From positions 128,001 to 192,000 of the forward strand of contig JBFWVL010000002.1 in assembly GCA_050246755.1 (NCBI GenBank): a DNA stretch of 64,000 nucleotides, written 5' to 3'. The DNA is from Bacteriovoracia bacterium (GTDB taxonomy: Bacteria; Bdellovibrionota; UBA1018; CAIPTA01). Below, one piece after another: positions 45,325 to 55,340 of this stretch. A program made the translations under genes and the position numbers. The notes under the pieces were generated by a model. It saw only the letters and a list, made by a program, of their open reading frames with translations. It was not told the origin of the DNA and did no database searches. Each line of letters opens with the position of its first letter. The first letter of the stretch is position 1.

Positions 45325-45687
45325 CTAAGGAATGGCTTTGCGACACTCGAGACGGTGCACGGTCACGCCATTTACTTGCGACAAGCTATAGCGGCCTTGC
45401 CCGTCGAGCCGGCCTTTGGAAACCGTGCCGCTGGTATAGCCGGGGGCGGCGGTGATCTGCACGAGGAGATCGGAGGAATTGTCTTCCACCACGGAGAAAA
45501 ATTTACCTTGGAGCTCCGCTTCGAAACGAGTGGCGCCCGCGCCCGCGAACGTAACTTTTAGGTCTACGCTTTCTTCGGAGCCCTTTTGGTTTTCGTCGAG
45601 CGTGCGATAGATGGCCCGGCAATTCAGCTCTGATGGCTGAAAAGCGGCAATACCTAAAGAAGCGAGTACGAGGCTAAGTAAGTGCAT
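45325..45687 (-). CDS. secreted hypothetical protein
   Basis: Signal-like N-terminus, two Cys, SD GGGG. Confidence 0.7.
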   Translation of the reverse strand: MHLLSLVLASLGIAAFQPSELNCRAIYRTLDENQKGSEESVDLKVTFAGAGATRFEAELQGKFFSVVEDNSSDLLVQITAAPGYTSGTVSKGRLDGQGRYSLSQVNGVTVHRLECRKAIP

Positions 45688-45750
45688 AGTTCATTCCCCT
45701 AAACAGATGGAAAATCCCACACTTGACCAATCGTGTCAAAGGCTTTATGG

Positions 45751-48700
45751 CTAAAGTTCCACTTCTTTGTGAGGCCGTTCGAGCTTGGAAAGCGCGAGGT
45801 AGAGGGCCGGAACCACGAAAAGCGTGAGGATCGTGGACACAATCGTGCCCCCAATGATGGCTAAACCCATAGGAGAGCGGGCTTCGTGGCCCAAGCCGTG
45901 ACCAAACGCCAGAGGGCCGGCCGCCGCCACGGTAGCCACGGAGGTCATGAGCACGGGGCGAAGCCGTACAGGGCAGGCCTGAAGCAGGGCCTCGATAGGG
46001 GTATGGGCGAGTTTCTTCTCCCGCATCTGGTTGGTAAATTCCACGAGCAAGATGGAGTTCTTTTTTGCGATTCCCATCAAAACGATGAGGCCGATAAAAC
46101 TGAAAAGATTAAGCGAGTTTTGCGTGATCCAGAGAGTAAGAAGGGCCCCCGTAACGCTGAAGGGAAGGGCAATCAGCACCGAAACGGGGTGGATGAAGGA
46201 ATTAAATTGTACGGCCAGGATGAGGTAGGCCACGAGGATTCCCACCATTAGGGCCGTGCCGAGGCTGCCGAAAGCTTCTCCGAAGCCAGCCGCGGCGCCC
46301 TCAAAGGAGAAGGCATAGCCGGTAGGTAGAAGTTCTTTGGCGATGGTCTCGGCCCGCTCGAGCACGGCGGACTGGGACTGCCCCGGCGCCAAGTTTCCGT
46401 AGATGGAAATTGATCGCTGGCGGTTCACGCGGTTGATAGACTGGGAAACCGAAGCCTCTTCCACCTTCACGAGCTCCGAAAGTGGCACGAGGTTGCCCGC
46501 GATATTGCGCACGAAAAGTTTGGTGATGTCTTCGGCGCCGTGAATCAGCTCGTCGTGGATCTTGAAACGAATATCGTAGCGGCGCCCATCGGTGGTGTAT
46601 TGCCCCTGGCGCAAGCCGCCTACGGCCGCGGAGAGCACACCGCCTACGTCGGCGGCGCTCACGCCTCTGGCGGCCATAGCGTCGCGGGAGGGAGTAATGC
46701 GGAGTTCCGGTATACCTTCCTTATAATCTTGGTCCAGGTCCACGGCGAGCTTCTCGGTCTCGAGGCGTTTCACTATCTCGATCGCGGTTTTATTGAGCAG
46801 GCTGAGGTCTGGCCCGCGGATATTGAAAGCTACCGGATTTTGCCGCCCGGAAGCGAGGTTGCGCGCGGAAGGATCGCGCATCGTTACGCGCACGCCTTTG
46901 ATCTCGCGAAATTTAGGGCGTAGTGCGTTCATGATCTCGGTATGCGAGCGGTCCCGTTTATCCCGGGGCAATAGTTTCAGCGGCATGAAGATGGAGTTCA
47001 CGCCGCCGGCGGGGCCCCCGCCGCCGATGGAAACAAAGAAGCTCTCCACTTCTGGCTCATTTTTCATCATGGCTTCGAGCTCACGCGCGATTTGATCGGT
47101 GAATTCCAGGGAGCTGCCGGTAGGGGTCTGGGCCGTTACGAGGATCAAGTCCTGATCCTGGGAGGGCACGAATTCCTGCCGTACTTTCTTCACGAGCAGG
47201 AGTGAAACGAAGAAGATTCCGATCGAGATTCCGAGCACGAGCCATTTAAAGCGAAGGGTGGGCTGCAGCAAGCGGCGATAGCCGCTGGCCAGGCGCTCGA
47301 AGAGGTGATCGAGGTATTTTTCGAAACGGGAGATTTTAGGTTCCGCGCCGAGGAAGGCGGCGGTGCGCATCGGCGTGATGGTAACGGCTTCCAGCAGGGA
47401 GAGCAGCACCGCGGCCGACATCGTGATCCCGAACTGGAAGAAAAATTTTCCGACAATCCCCTTCATGAAAATCACCGGCAAAAATACCGCGACTACGGCG
47501 AGGGTGGCCGCCATGGCGGCGGGCAGAACTTCCTTGGCGCCGTGGGAAGAGGCCTTCGAGGAATTTTTGCCCATATGATAATGACGCATAATGTTCTCGA
47601 GCAGCATGATGGCGTCGTCGACCACGATTGAGATCGCGAGCGTGAGCGCCAGCAGAGTAAAGAGATTCAGCGTGAAGCCCGCAAAGTAAACGATCGTGAA
47701 GGTGCCTACGATCGAAGTGGGGATGGAGAAAAGAATATTCACGGCGGCCTGGAAGCTGCCGAGGAAGAGAAAGCAAATCACGATCGTGATCAAGGCCGCT
47801 ACCCAAAGCTTCTCGATCGTGAGATCCACGGTGGCTTCGGTGGAACGGGTGAAATCCACGTTCACCTGATAGTCGTAGCCTTTCGGAAAACTGGATTTCA
47901 GCTCCGCTAATTTCGCGCGCACGGCTTTCGCTACGGTCACTTCGTTGGTACCGCGCTGCTTTTTGATGGAAATATTCACGGCCTGCTTGCCGTTCACACG
48001 GGAGAGCCGGCGGATATCGGAAAGGCCGTCTTCCACGTCGGCCACGTCTTTTATTCGGATCGTCTTGTTATGAATGATTCCGCCGCCGCGACGGATGATT
48101 TGGATATCGCCCACTTGGTCGACGTTCGTGGCTTCGCCCATCCAGCGCACGCGCAATTCACGCCGGCCTTCCGTGATCTGCCCCGCGGTGCTCTCTATGT
48201 GCTGGGTGCGGAGCGCATCGATCACGTCGGAAATGGCGAGATAGTTCGCGGCGAGAGCGTCGGGCTTGAGCCAGATGCGCAGATTGCGGTCACTGAATCC
48301 CTGGATACTCACCTCGCCCACGCCGGGCAGGAAGCGCAGCTGATCGAGAAAGAAAACGTCGAGCCAGCCGAGCATTTCCTTTAAATTGTCGGTGCCGAAG
48401 ATAGAAATATAGAGAATAGGATCGTCGTCGGGATTTTGCTTGCGGATCACCGGCGGGTCCACGCCTTCGGGCAAGCGCAGCTGGCTGATGGCGGACTGCG
48501 CCTCCTGAAGGGCCACATCCACGTTGCGGTTAATGTCGAACTCAAGATTCACGCGCCCCGATCCTTGGCTGGCGGTGGCGCGCATCTCTTTAATGCCTTC
48601 GATTGAGAGTAACTTGGCTTCGATGGGATCGATTAGGTCGGACTCCACTACCGCCGGAGCCGCACCGTCGTAGGCCACCGAAATGCTCAGCACGGGAAAA

Positions 48701-48822
48701 TCCACGTCAGGCATCTGGCTGATCCCGAGGCGCATCATCGAGATCGCCCCAAACACAATGAGGGCGAACATAAGAACCCAGGCGAATACCGGGCGGCGGA
48801 TCGAGTGGTCAATTAAGTTCAT
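45751..48822 (-). CDS. RND efflux permease (AcrB/AcrD/AcrF family)
   Basis: SIRRPVFA, PDVDFP, VVDDAI, AKKN, RLRPVLMT; 1023 aa. Confidence 0.95.
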   Translation of the reverse strand: MNLIDHSIRRPVFAWVLMFALIVFGAISMMRLGISQMPDVDFPVLSISVAYDGAAPAVVESDLIDPIEAKLLSIEGIKEMRATASQGSGRVNLEFDINRNVDVALQEAQSAISQLRLPEGVDPPVIRKQNPDDDPILYISIFGTDNLKEMLGWLDVFFLDQLRFLPGVGEVSIQGFSDRNLRIWLKPDALAANYLAISDVIDALRTQHIESTAGQITEGRRELRVRWMGEATNVDQVGDIQIIRRGGGIIHNKTIRIKDVADVEDGLSDIRRLSRVNGKQAVNISIKKQRGTNEVTVAKAVRAKLAELKSSFPKGYDYQVNVDFTRSTEATVDLTIEKLWVAALITIVICFLFLGSFQAAVNILFSIPTSIVGTFTIVYFAGFTLNLFTLLALTLAISIVVDDAIMLLENIMRHYHMGKNSSKASSHGAKEVLPAAMAATLAVVAVFLPVIFMKGIVGKFFFQFGITMSAAVLLSLLEAVTITPMRTAAFLGAEPKISRFEKYLDHLFERLASGYRRLLQPTLRFKWLVLGISIGIFFVSLLLVKKVRQEFVPSQDQDLILVTAQTPTGSSLEFTDQIARELEAMMKNEPEVESFFVSIGGGGPAGGVNSIFMPLKLLPRDKRDRSHTEIMNALRPKFREIKGVRVTMRDPSARNLASGRQNPVAFNIRGPDLSLLNKTAIEIVKRLETEKLAVDLDQDYKEGIPELRITPSRDAMAARGVSAADVGGVLSAAVGGLRQGQYTTDGRRYDIRFKIHDELIHGAEDITKLFVRNIAGNLVPLSELVKVEEASVSQSINRVNRQRSISIYGNLAPGQSQSAVLERAETIAKELLPTGYAFSFEGAAAGFGEAFGSLGTALMVGILVAYLILAVQFNSFIHPVSVLIALPFSVTGALLTLWITQNSLNLFSFIGLIVLMGIAKKNSILLVEFTNQMREKKLAHTPIEALLQACPVRLRPVLMTSVATVAAAGPLAFGHGLGHEARSPMGLAIIGGTIVSTILTLFVVPALYLALSKLERPHKEVEL

Positions 48823-48951
48823 CTAGGGAAAAAGCGTAGCAGATATGAAAACGATGTCGAGGCCTCAAACCTGCCAAACTCTATCATTTTATGGCAGTTC
48901 CGCCGCGCCGGGCGATGACAGCCCGGTTTCTTCGTCTTAGTATTTCGCCAA

Positions 48952-50058
48952 ATGGATTATTCGCCCAAACTTGGATTCCGCAACCGCCTGCTCGCGTTTT
49001 ATGAAAAACACGAAACCCGTATCGATATGGCCTTCTTTCTCGGGGGCTTTCTCCTCGACGTGAGCATGCTCCCCGAGATCGACGATTTTTTCGGGATTAT
49101 TCAGCAAGTAGGTTACCTCGCCGTGGTGGCCGCCATTCTTTTCGGTGAGCTTCTGCTCGAAGCCCGCGCCCGCGATTTGCCAAAGTGGTTTACCCGCGCA
49201 TGGGAATACCGCTCCATCGCCGTGCATTTTTCTTTAGGTGCGCTCCTTAATCTCTATTCACTCTTTTTTCTCAAGAGCGCATCCTTCTTTTCGTCCGCCG
49301 CGTTCGTGATTCTTTTGCTGGTGATCGTGCTGGCAAACGAATCGAAAGCCGTGAAACGGCAGGGCGTGGACGTGAAGATGGGGCTTTTCTTGCTCTGCCT
49401 TTTCTGTTCCTTCTCGATTCTCTTTCCGCTGCTGCTCGGCCACGTGGGCTGGCTCCCGTTCTTTCTCGCGCTTTTCTCCACCACTGTTTTTTTATTCGCG
49501 GGGAAACGCTACCTGAAGGGGAAAGTGCCTGCGCAATGGATCCAGCGCCGCTTGCTCATGCCGGGGGCAGCCGTGATCGTGGCGGTTTTTCTGCTCTATC
49601 AGTTTAAGCTGATCCCGCCCGTGCCGCTTTCGGTGAAGAAAATGGGCGTCTACCACGGACTCGAGAAGAAAGACGGGAAGTTCCTGCTCCAGCACGAGCG
49701 GCCTTGGTGGAAATTCTGGCGTTCCGGCGACCAGGATTTTTACGCCGCGCCCGGCGACCGGATCTATTTCTTCGCCACGATTTATTCGCCCGCCCGCTTC
49801 GATGATACCGTGACGCTCCACTGGTGGCAGAAGGACGCGCGCGGCAATTGGATGAGCACCGACCAAATTCCGATGCGGATTGCGGGCGGACGGAGAGAGG
49901 GCTTTCGCGGATTCTCGGTGAAGCAGAATTATACGCTAGGGGACTGGTGCGTGGCGGTGGAGACCACCGACGGGCGCGAGATCGGAAGAATGTATTTTAC
50001 GGTTTCGGCCGCCGAGCAGCCTCTGCCGGGACGCGTCTGGCAGATCGAGGAAAATTAA
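48952..50058 (+). CDS. membrane protein with C-terminal DUF2914-like domain
   Basis: Multi-TM N-terminus; IPPVPLS; GGRREGFRGFS..GDWCVAVET.DGREIGR. Confidence 0.78.
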   Translation: MDYSPKLGFRNRLLAFYEKHETRIDMAFFLGGFLLDVSMLPEIDDFFGIIQQVGYLAVVAAILFGELLLEARARDLPKWFTRAWEYRSIAVHFSLGALLNLYSLFFLKSASFFSSAAFVILLLVIVLANESKAVKRQGVDVKMGLFLLCLFCSFSILFPLLLGHVGWLPFFLALFSTTVFLFAGKRYLKGKVPAQWIQRRLLMPGAAVIVAVFLLYQFKLIPPVPLSVKKMGVYHGLEKKDGKFLLQHERPWWKFWRSGDQDFYAAPGDRIYFFATIYSPARFDDTVTLHWWQKDARGNWMSTDQIPMRIAGGRREGFRGFSVKQNYTLGDWCVAVETTDGREIGRMYFTVSAAEQPLPGRVWQIEEN

Positions 50059-50375
50059 TATTTCTCGCCCTGGCCGTCTTCGCCGGCATCACCCTCGATC
50101 TCGGGGGCTTCGTTCATTTTCCTAAGGTCTGCCTTGCGGTCGCGTTCCTCTTGGTCGTATTCCGCCTGCGACTTCGATCCGTCGCGATGCTCGCTTTCAC
50201 TATCGCCAAGAAAATCTCCGCGATTTCCCTTTTCGGGAGCTCCGTCGCCCGGGCAGCTCACTTTATAGCCCTGTTTCTGCATCCCTTGGCAGGAGAAGCC
50301 CCTCACGTCCTTTGCATTAGCCGTGAGAGGGAAGGTGATGGCGGCAATCAATAGAATAAGCGTGGTGTAGGTCAT
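50055..50375 (-). CDS. small secreted acidic protein
   Basis: Signal peptide ending ANA; Cys pair; charged low-complexity tail. Confidence 0.65.
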   Translation of the reverse strand: MTYTTLILLIAAITFPLTANAKDVRGFSCQGMQKQGYKVSCPGDGAPEKGNRGDFLGDSESEHRDGSKSQAEYDQEERDRKADLRKMNEAPEIEGDAGEDGQGEKY

Positions 50376-50378
50376 GAT

Positions 50379-50633
50379 TCACTCACGTTCGCAGTCTTCA
50401 CCTTTGCAGTGGTGATTTCCTTCGTTTTCATCCGCCTCATCCGGAACTTCGCTGGGCTGGCCGTAGCCGTCGCCATTCAGGAGCTTTCTTTCTGCTTGGG
50501 AAGATCCTTCATTGGTGAGAGGACGGTCCAATCCATCATCGGGAGTGGAGGTTCTTTCAGCGCTATGCGCGGCAAACGCGGGCGGCGTGGCGGCGCATAG
50601 TGCTAGGCCCAAAATTAGAGTGATTTTCATCAT
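50379..50633 (-). CDS. small secreted acidic protein
   Basis: Signal peptide ending AFA; C-terminal HHCKGEDC. Confidence 0.6.
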   Translation of the reverse strand: MMKITLILGLALCAATPPAFAAHSAERTSTPDDGLDRPLTNEGSSQAERKLLNGDGYGQPSEVPDEADENEGNHHCKGEDCERE

Positions 50634-50680
50634 AGCCACGTATCGGCAATACCCGAGAAAAACTTGAATCCAGGTATTGA

Positions 50681-50693
50681 TTCGAAGATCGAA
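50681..50693. promoter_or_regulatory. putative LysR-type operator (T-N11-A)
   Basis: TTCGA-AGA-TCGAA inverted repeat in the divergent region upstream of the LysR gene. Confidence 0.45.
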
Positions 50694-50717
50694 ACTGTAG
50701 TATTCGATTGTTTCCTT

Positions 50718-51608
50718 ATGGACACATTAAGACTCAAATATTTTAGTGCGGTGGCCGAGAGCGGCAGCGTGCGCCGGGCCGCCGAAATCCTTCATGTTTC
50801 TCCGCCCTCGCTCTCGAAAGCGGTGAGCCACCTTGAGGCCGAGATCGGCGTGAAACTCTTCATCCGCGCGGGCCGTAATATCCGCCTCACCGATGCCGGG
50901 AAACGCTTCGCCGACAAAACGAAGGACCTGCTTAAATCCCTCGATGAGTTGCGCCACTCGGTGGAGGAGGAAAAAAATCCATCCCTGAGCGTGAAGCTGG
51001 CTACCTTCGAGGTATTTTCCACTTACTTTCTATCGTTTCTCGATAAGGCCGGCTGGGAAGACGCGATGCTTACCGTGCACGATGTGCTGCCCGGCGAGCT
51101 CGAACGCGCGCTCGTGGAACGCCACGTGGATGTGGGGTTGACGTATATGCCGGTGGCTCACCCCGATCTCGATTTTCTCAAGGTGGCTTCGATCGAGATG
51201 GGCGTATTCGCCTCGAAAAATGCTTTTCCCGGAGTGGGGCAGGCAGATCTGCCGTTCGTGGTGCCCGTGAATCCAATTTTCGGCACGCCTTCCCGGGTGC
51301 GCGGCCTCGACGGCTGGCCCGACGATGCCTATCCCCGCAATATCAAATATAAGGTAACTCTCCTCGAGAGCGCGCTCGAGCTTTGCCGCCAAGGCAAGGC
51401 CGCCGGGTATTTTCCCTGCTTCGTGATCGAGGCGCATAACGCCCAGGTGAAAGAAGAATTTCGTTTGGTGCGCCGGTCTTCTCCCTATAAAGGAAGGGTC
51501 TGCCGCACGGACGTATTCGTGGTGAAGAGAAAATCCGACGTGGAAAACCGCGTGATGAAGCAGTTGGCGAAAGCCGTGCGCATCGCTTGCCGCGGCGAGG
51601 CCCAGTAA
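50718..51608 (+). CDS. LysR family transcriptional regulator
   Basis: LKYFSAVAESGSVRRAAEILHVSPPSLSKAV..LE..IGVKLF.R..R.IRLT helix-turn-helix. Confidence 0.93.
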   Translation: MDTLRLKYFSAVAESGSVRRAAEILHVSPPSLSKAVSHLEAEIGVKLFIRAGRNIRLTDAGKRFADKTKDLLKSLDELRHSVEEEKNPSLSVKLATFEVFSTYFLSFLDKAGWEDAMLTVHDVLPGELERALVERHVDVGLTYMPVAHPDLDFLKVASIEMGVFASKNAFPGVGQADLPFVVPVNPIFGTPSRVRGLDGWPDDAYPRNIKYKVTLLESALELCRQGKAAGYFPCFVIEAHNAQVKEEFRLVRRSSPYKGRVCRTDVFVVKRKSDVENRVMKQLAKAVRIACRGEAQ

Positions 51609-51609
51609 C

Positions 51610-52260
51610 GTGCGTCCCTTTACTTTTCCCTACGAGACGAAGGTGGAAGAACTCGAGCTCGGCAGCCGGTGCCTGAGGATCGAAAGCCTCGCGAGCCTCG
51701 ACCAAACCATCGACGCGCATTTTAAGGAATTCGAGCGCACCGGAAATACCGATCTGTTCGAGGATCTCTGCCCTTACTTTGGGAATCCCTGGCCGGCGGG
51801 CCGGGCGCTCGCGAGCTACGCGGATGAGCATTCGGGCGACTGGCGCGGGCTCGAGATCCTGGAGCTTGGCTGCGGGCTAGCGCTGCCTTCCTTGGTGCTC
51901 GCCCAGGCGGGAATAAAAGCGCGGGTGATGGACCTGCACCCCGACGTGCCGGCGTTTCTCGAGAGAAATTTAAAGCACAACTCGTTACATGGAATCGAAT
52001 GCGAAACGGCCGACTGGACCTACGGAGTTGGGGGCGCGGAGCCCGATATTCTTCTCGGCAGCGATATTCTCTACGATGCGAAAATTCCCGAAGCCTTGCT
52101 CGGCTACCTCAAAAAAAGTTCTCGCTGGCGGGAGCTGGTGATCGCCGATCCCGACCGACCTCACTTAGGGAAATTTCTCGAGGGCGTGAAGAGCCTCGGC
52201 TGGCACCTCGAAGAAGAGGGGCTAATGGGCGTGAGGATTTTCCGGATCTCGCGGGACTAA
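51610..52260 (+). CDS. class I SAM methyltransferase (METTL21/Methyltransf_16-like)
   Basis: PYFGNPWPAG, LELGCGLALPS, GSDILY. Confidence 0.85.
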   Translation: MRPFTFPYETKVEELELGSRCLRIESLASLDQTIDAHFKEFERTGNTDLFEDLCPYFGNPWPAGRALASYADEHSGDWRGLEILELGCGLALPSLVLAQAGIKARVMDLHPDVPAFLERNLKHNSLHGIECETADWTYGVGGAEPDILLGSDILYDAKIPEALLGYLKKSSRWRELVIADPDRPHLGKFLEGVKSLGWHLEEEGLMGVRIFRISRD

Positions 52261-52498
52261 ATTTTGGCGAGGGAGCAATACACGGTGATCTGCCGCGAAC
52301 CGCTGTCTAAAGATTTTACGGTGCCCGAAATCCGAAGCGAACCTTTTTCACAGGTAAAGAGAGAGCAGGGGTTGCCTTTTGGTGAGGGTGGGAAAAAATC
52401 TAACATTTATGCCATGCGGCACTAGTTTCCTTCAGCGCCGGAACAGAATCCCCTATATAATCGAGGGGAACCGCCGACTTTATTCTTAGGGTGAACAT

Positions 52499-53821
52499 AT
52501 GGAAAAACTGAAAAATCTATTCAAAGCCAAAGCCGAGGCGCAAGCCGCCGAAGTAAAAGACATCATCAAGGAACATGGCACCAAGAAAATCGGTGAAGTT
52601 CAGCTAGCCCAGGCCTTTCAGGGAATGCGCGGAATCACCGGCATGATCTACGAAACTTCCTTGCTCGACGCGAACGAAGGCATTCGTTTCCGCGGCTTCA
52701 CCATCCCCGAGCTCAAAGAAAAATTGCCCAAGGCCAAAGGCGGAAAAGAGCCGCTGCCCGAAGGTTTATTCTACCTCATGCTTTCGGGCGAGATTCCCTC
52801 CGAAGCCGACGTGGCCGAGCTTTCCGCCGACTGGCGCAAGCGTTCCAAGCTTCCCGCCCACGTTTTAAAAACGATCGACGCGCTCCCTGTGTCTGCTCAT
52901 CCCATGACCCAGTTCGTGACCGGCGTGATGGCGATGCAGACCGAATCGGAGTTTTCGAAGAAATACGGCGAAGGCATGGCGAAGAAAGACTACTGGAGCT
53001 ACGCCTACGAAGACTCCATGAACCTGATTGCCCGCCTGCCGGAAGTGGCGGCGTACGTGTTCCGCCGCAAGTACCACGGCGGGAAAACGATCGCCCCTTC
53101 GGCGAACCTCGACTGGGCCGGCAACTTCGCCCATATGCTCGGCTTCGAAGGAAACGGTTTTGCGGAGCTCATGCGCATGTACCTCACGATCCACGCCGAC
53201 CACGAAGGCGGAAACGTTTCGGCGCATACCACGCATCTCGTGGGCTCGGCGCTCTCGGATCCCTACCTTTGCTTCGCGGCCGGCATGAACGGCCTCGCTG
53301 GGCCCCTCCATGGCTTAGCCAACCAAGAGGTGATCAAGTGGATCTTCGAGATGCAAAAAGCCATCGGCTCCGATAAGCCGAGCAAAGAGCAGATCGAGGC
53401 CTACGTGAAGAAGACTCTCGCCGACGGCAAGGTAGTTCCGGGCTACGGGCACGCCGTGCTCCGCAAGACCGATCCCCGCTTTACCGCCCAGCAAGAATTC
53501 GCCAAGGAACATATGGCGAATGATCCGCTGGTGAACACGGTTTGGCGGATCTTCGAAACCGTTCCGCCGATTCTCTCCACTATGGGCAAGATCAAAAACC
53601 CTTGGCCGAACGTGGACGCTCACTCCGGCGCGCTCCTGTTGCATTACGGAATGAAAGAATACGAATATTATACCGTGCTCTTCGGCGTGAGCCGCGCGCT
53701 CGGCGTGTTGGCGGCCCTGGTATGGAGCCGTGCGCTAGGATTTCCGCTCGAGCGCCCGAAATCCGTGACCGTGCAGAATGTGAAGGCCTGGCTCAAGGGC
53801 GAAGACGAAATCTGGGAGTAA
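52499..53821 (+). CDS. gltA: citrate synthase, eukaryote-like type
   Basis: GMRG...ETSLLD..EGIRFRG, HADHEGGNVSAH, GLAGPLHGLANQE, PGYGHAVLRKTDPR, WPNVDAHSG. Confidence 0.96.
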   Translation: MEKLKNLFKAKAEAQAAEVKDIIKEHGTKKIGEVQLAQAFQGMRGITGMIYETSLLDANEGIRFRGFTIPELKEKLPKAKGGKEPLPEGLFYLMLSGEIPSEADVAELSADWRKRSKLPAHVLKTIDALPVSAHPMTQFVTGVMAMQTESEFSKKYGEGMAKKDYWSYAYEDSMNLIARLPEVAAYVFRRKYHGGKTIAPSANLDWAGNFAHMLGFEGNGFAELMRMYLTIHADHEGGNVSAHTTHLVGSALSDPYLCFAAGMNGLAGPLHGLANQEVIKWIFEMQKAIGSDKPSKEQIEAYVKKTLADGKVVPGYGHAVLRKTDPRFTAQQEFAKEHMANDPLVNTVWRIFETVPPILSTMGKIKNPWPNVDAHSGALLLHYGMKEYEYYTVLFGVSRALGVLAALVWSRALGFPLERPKSVTVQNVKAWLKGEDEIWE

Positions 53822-53866
53822 GCTGCCCATAATCTGGTCACTGACCGCTGACTAATAAAAAACAGG

Positions 53867-53897
53867 AAGGCGGAAACGGAATGGTTTCCGCCTTTTT
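53867..53897 (+). terminator. intrinsic terminator after citrate synthase
   Basis: AAGGCGGAAAC / GTTTCCGCCTT stem followed by a T-run; an A-run upstream suggests it works in both directions. Confidence 0.8.
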
Positions 53898-54002
53898 GCA
53901 TTTTTGCCCTGTCTCCACGCGGCCCTTTCTTCTCCTTACCGACTTTCAGGAATTGTTCGGCGCGCCCGATAGGTTCTCGGGCCGTAAAAAGGGGGGAGCA
54001 GT

Positions 54003-54392
54003 ATGAGAAGAGTTTTCCTGAAAGAAGAAGCGTCGGGCAAATATTCATTACGCGGATTTGGCGAGAGCATCGCGGGGGCTGACGGAAAGCGGCCTTTTCA
54101 TTTGGTGATTGAATCGCGGAGCCGCGATCTATTGCTAGAATTTCCCGAAACTTGCCTGTTCGACCTGTTCGTGCGCTTCGACCTCAATTCCGCGGCCTAT
54201 AAAGAAAACCGCTTCTCCTGCGAGAACTTCGTGCACGTAACCTACGAAGAGCGGGAATGCGTGGTGGAGGCAGGTAGCGGAACGCTCTACGATTTCTTCA
54301 AGGAAAGGGCGGGCACCGGCCGCTGCGCCTTGCAGAGCCCGCGGCCGATCGCGTTTTATTGGAAGGGCAGTTCCGACCAGGACGCCGCCTAA
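54003..54392 (+). CDS. hypothetical protein
   Basis: SD GGGGAG; 129-aa ORF filling the gap. Confidence 0.65.
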   Translation: MRRVFLKEEASGKYSLRGFGESIAGADGKRPFHLVIESRSRDLLLEFPETCLFDLFVRFDLNSAAYKENRFSCENFVHVTYEERECVVEAGSGTLYDFFKERAGTGRCALQSPRPIAFYWKGSSDQDAA

Positions 54393-54456
54393 ACAAAAAG
54401 CCCCGCGCTCCCGGAAGCAGGTGGCGTTCCCGGCGCGCTGGATTATACTTTAGGCT

Positions 54457-54960
54457 ATGGAATCACAGAAAAAAGCATTCACGATCGCTGGCGCCGCCAT
54501 TCTGATCATGGCCTGCGCCATGGTGGGTTTTTACTTTGTAAAAGACCGCACGAGAAAAACGGACTCCGATATCGACCTCAATCAAAAAGTGGAAGCCCCG
54601 GCTAGCGGAGAAAAGTCGGAGTTCGTAGGAATGTATTCTCCCCAGATTGCGCTCGAAGCCAGCGGAAAGCGCATCGTATTTTTTCAGGTGAACCGCAAGG
54701 AGGACGGCGGTTACCTCGGCTCGGCCAAGGTGGATACCATTGGCGAGGCCGAGTCGGCATTCCTGAATTGCGTGGACGTTAAGATCGACGAAAAGGATTT
54801 TTTCCTGAAATGCGTGGACGATAAGGTGGGCGTGATCTCGCTCAACGGGCGCTGGGCCAAGGGCGACGCGGGCATCACCGTGGACGGTAAAGTGCTTTGG
54901 TCTAAAGACGGAAATGCGTTCCTCGATCAAGCCACCCAGTTCACCCTTGCGCCGCTATAG
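54457..54960 (+). CDS. membrane-anchored hypothetical protein
   Basis: N-terminal TM, beta-rich domain with a Cys pair. Confidence 0.75.
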   Translation: MESQKKAFTIAGAAILIMACAMVGFYFVKDRTRKTDSDIDLNQKVEAPASGEKSEFVGMYSPQIALEASGKRIVFFQVNRKEDGGYLGSAKVDTIGEAESAFLNCVDVKIDEKDFFLKCVDDKVGVISLNGRWAKGDAGITVDGKVLWSKDGNAFLDQATQFTLAPL

Positions 54961-54986
54961 CGGCAATTTTACCCAAAGCTCTTTAC

Positions 54987-55003
54987 CTGGACCGACGCTT
55001 GCA
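54987..55003 (+). promoter_or_regulatory. putative sigma54 promoter
   Basis: CTGGACCGACGCTTGCA, GG-N10-GC, followed by SD GGAGG and ATG 55027. Confidence 0.5.
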
Positions 55004-55026
55004 CCTCCCTGAGCTTTGGAGGTTCC

Positions 55027-55308
55027 ATGAATGTTTCCGCAATGATCAATAAGAATCTCGTGAGCATGGACGAGTCGAGCTCGGTGCGCGCCGTAGCGCA
55101 GCGAATGCTCGACGAGAAAGTTTCCTCCATTCTCGTAACCCGCGGCAGCGCGATCGTGGGCCTGGTGACCGCCCATGATCTTCTCGGGTACTTGGTGAAG
55201 AATCTCGGAGACGAGAAAAACCAAGATAGGGGCGGAGCACTGGAAGGCTTTCCCTACTCGCCGTTGTTTACCGAAGCCATGCGCGAGCTGAATGCGGCGG
55301 GGATCTAG
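55027..55308 (+). CDS. single CBS-domain protein
   Basis: VSAMINKNLVSM...VSSILV...IVGLVTAHDLL. Confidence 0.8.
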   Translation: MNVSAMINKNLVSMDESSSVRAVAQRMLDEKVSSILVTRGSAIVGLVTAHDLLGYLVKNLGDEKNQDRGGALEGFPYSPLFTEAMRELNAAGI

Positions 55309-55340
55309 GTTTTTTCGCGATTGCGCGTTACAAGAGCGGG

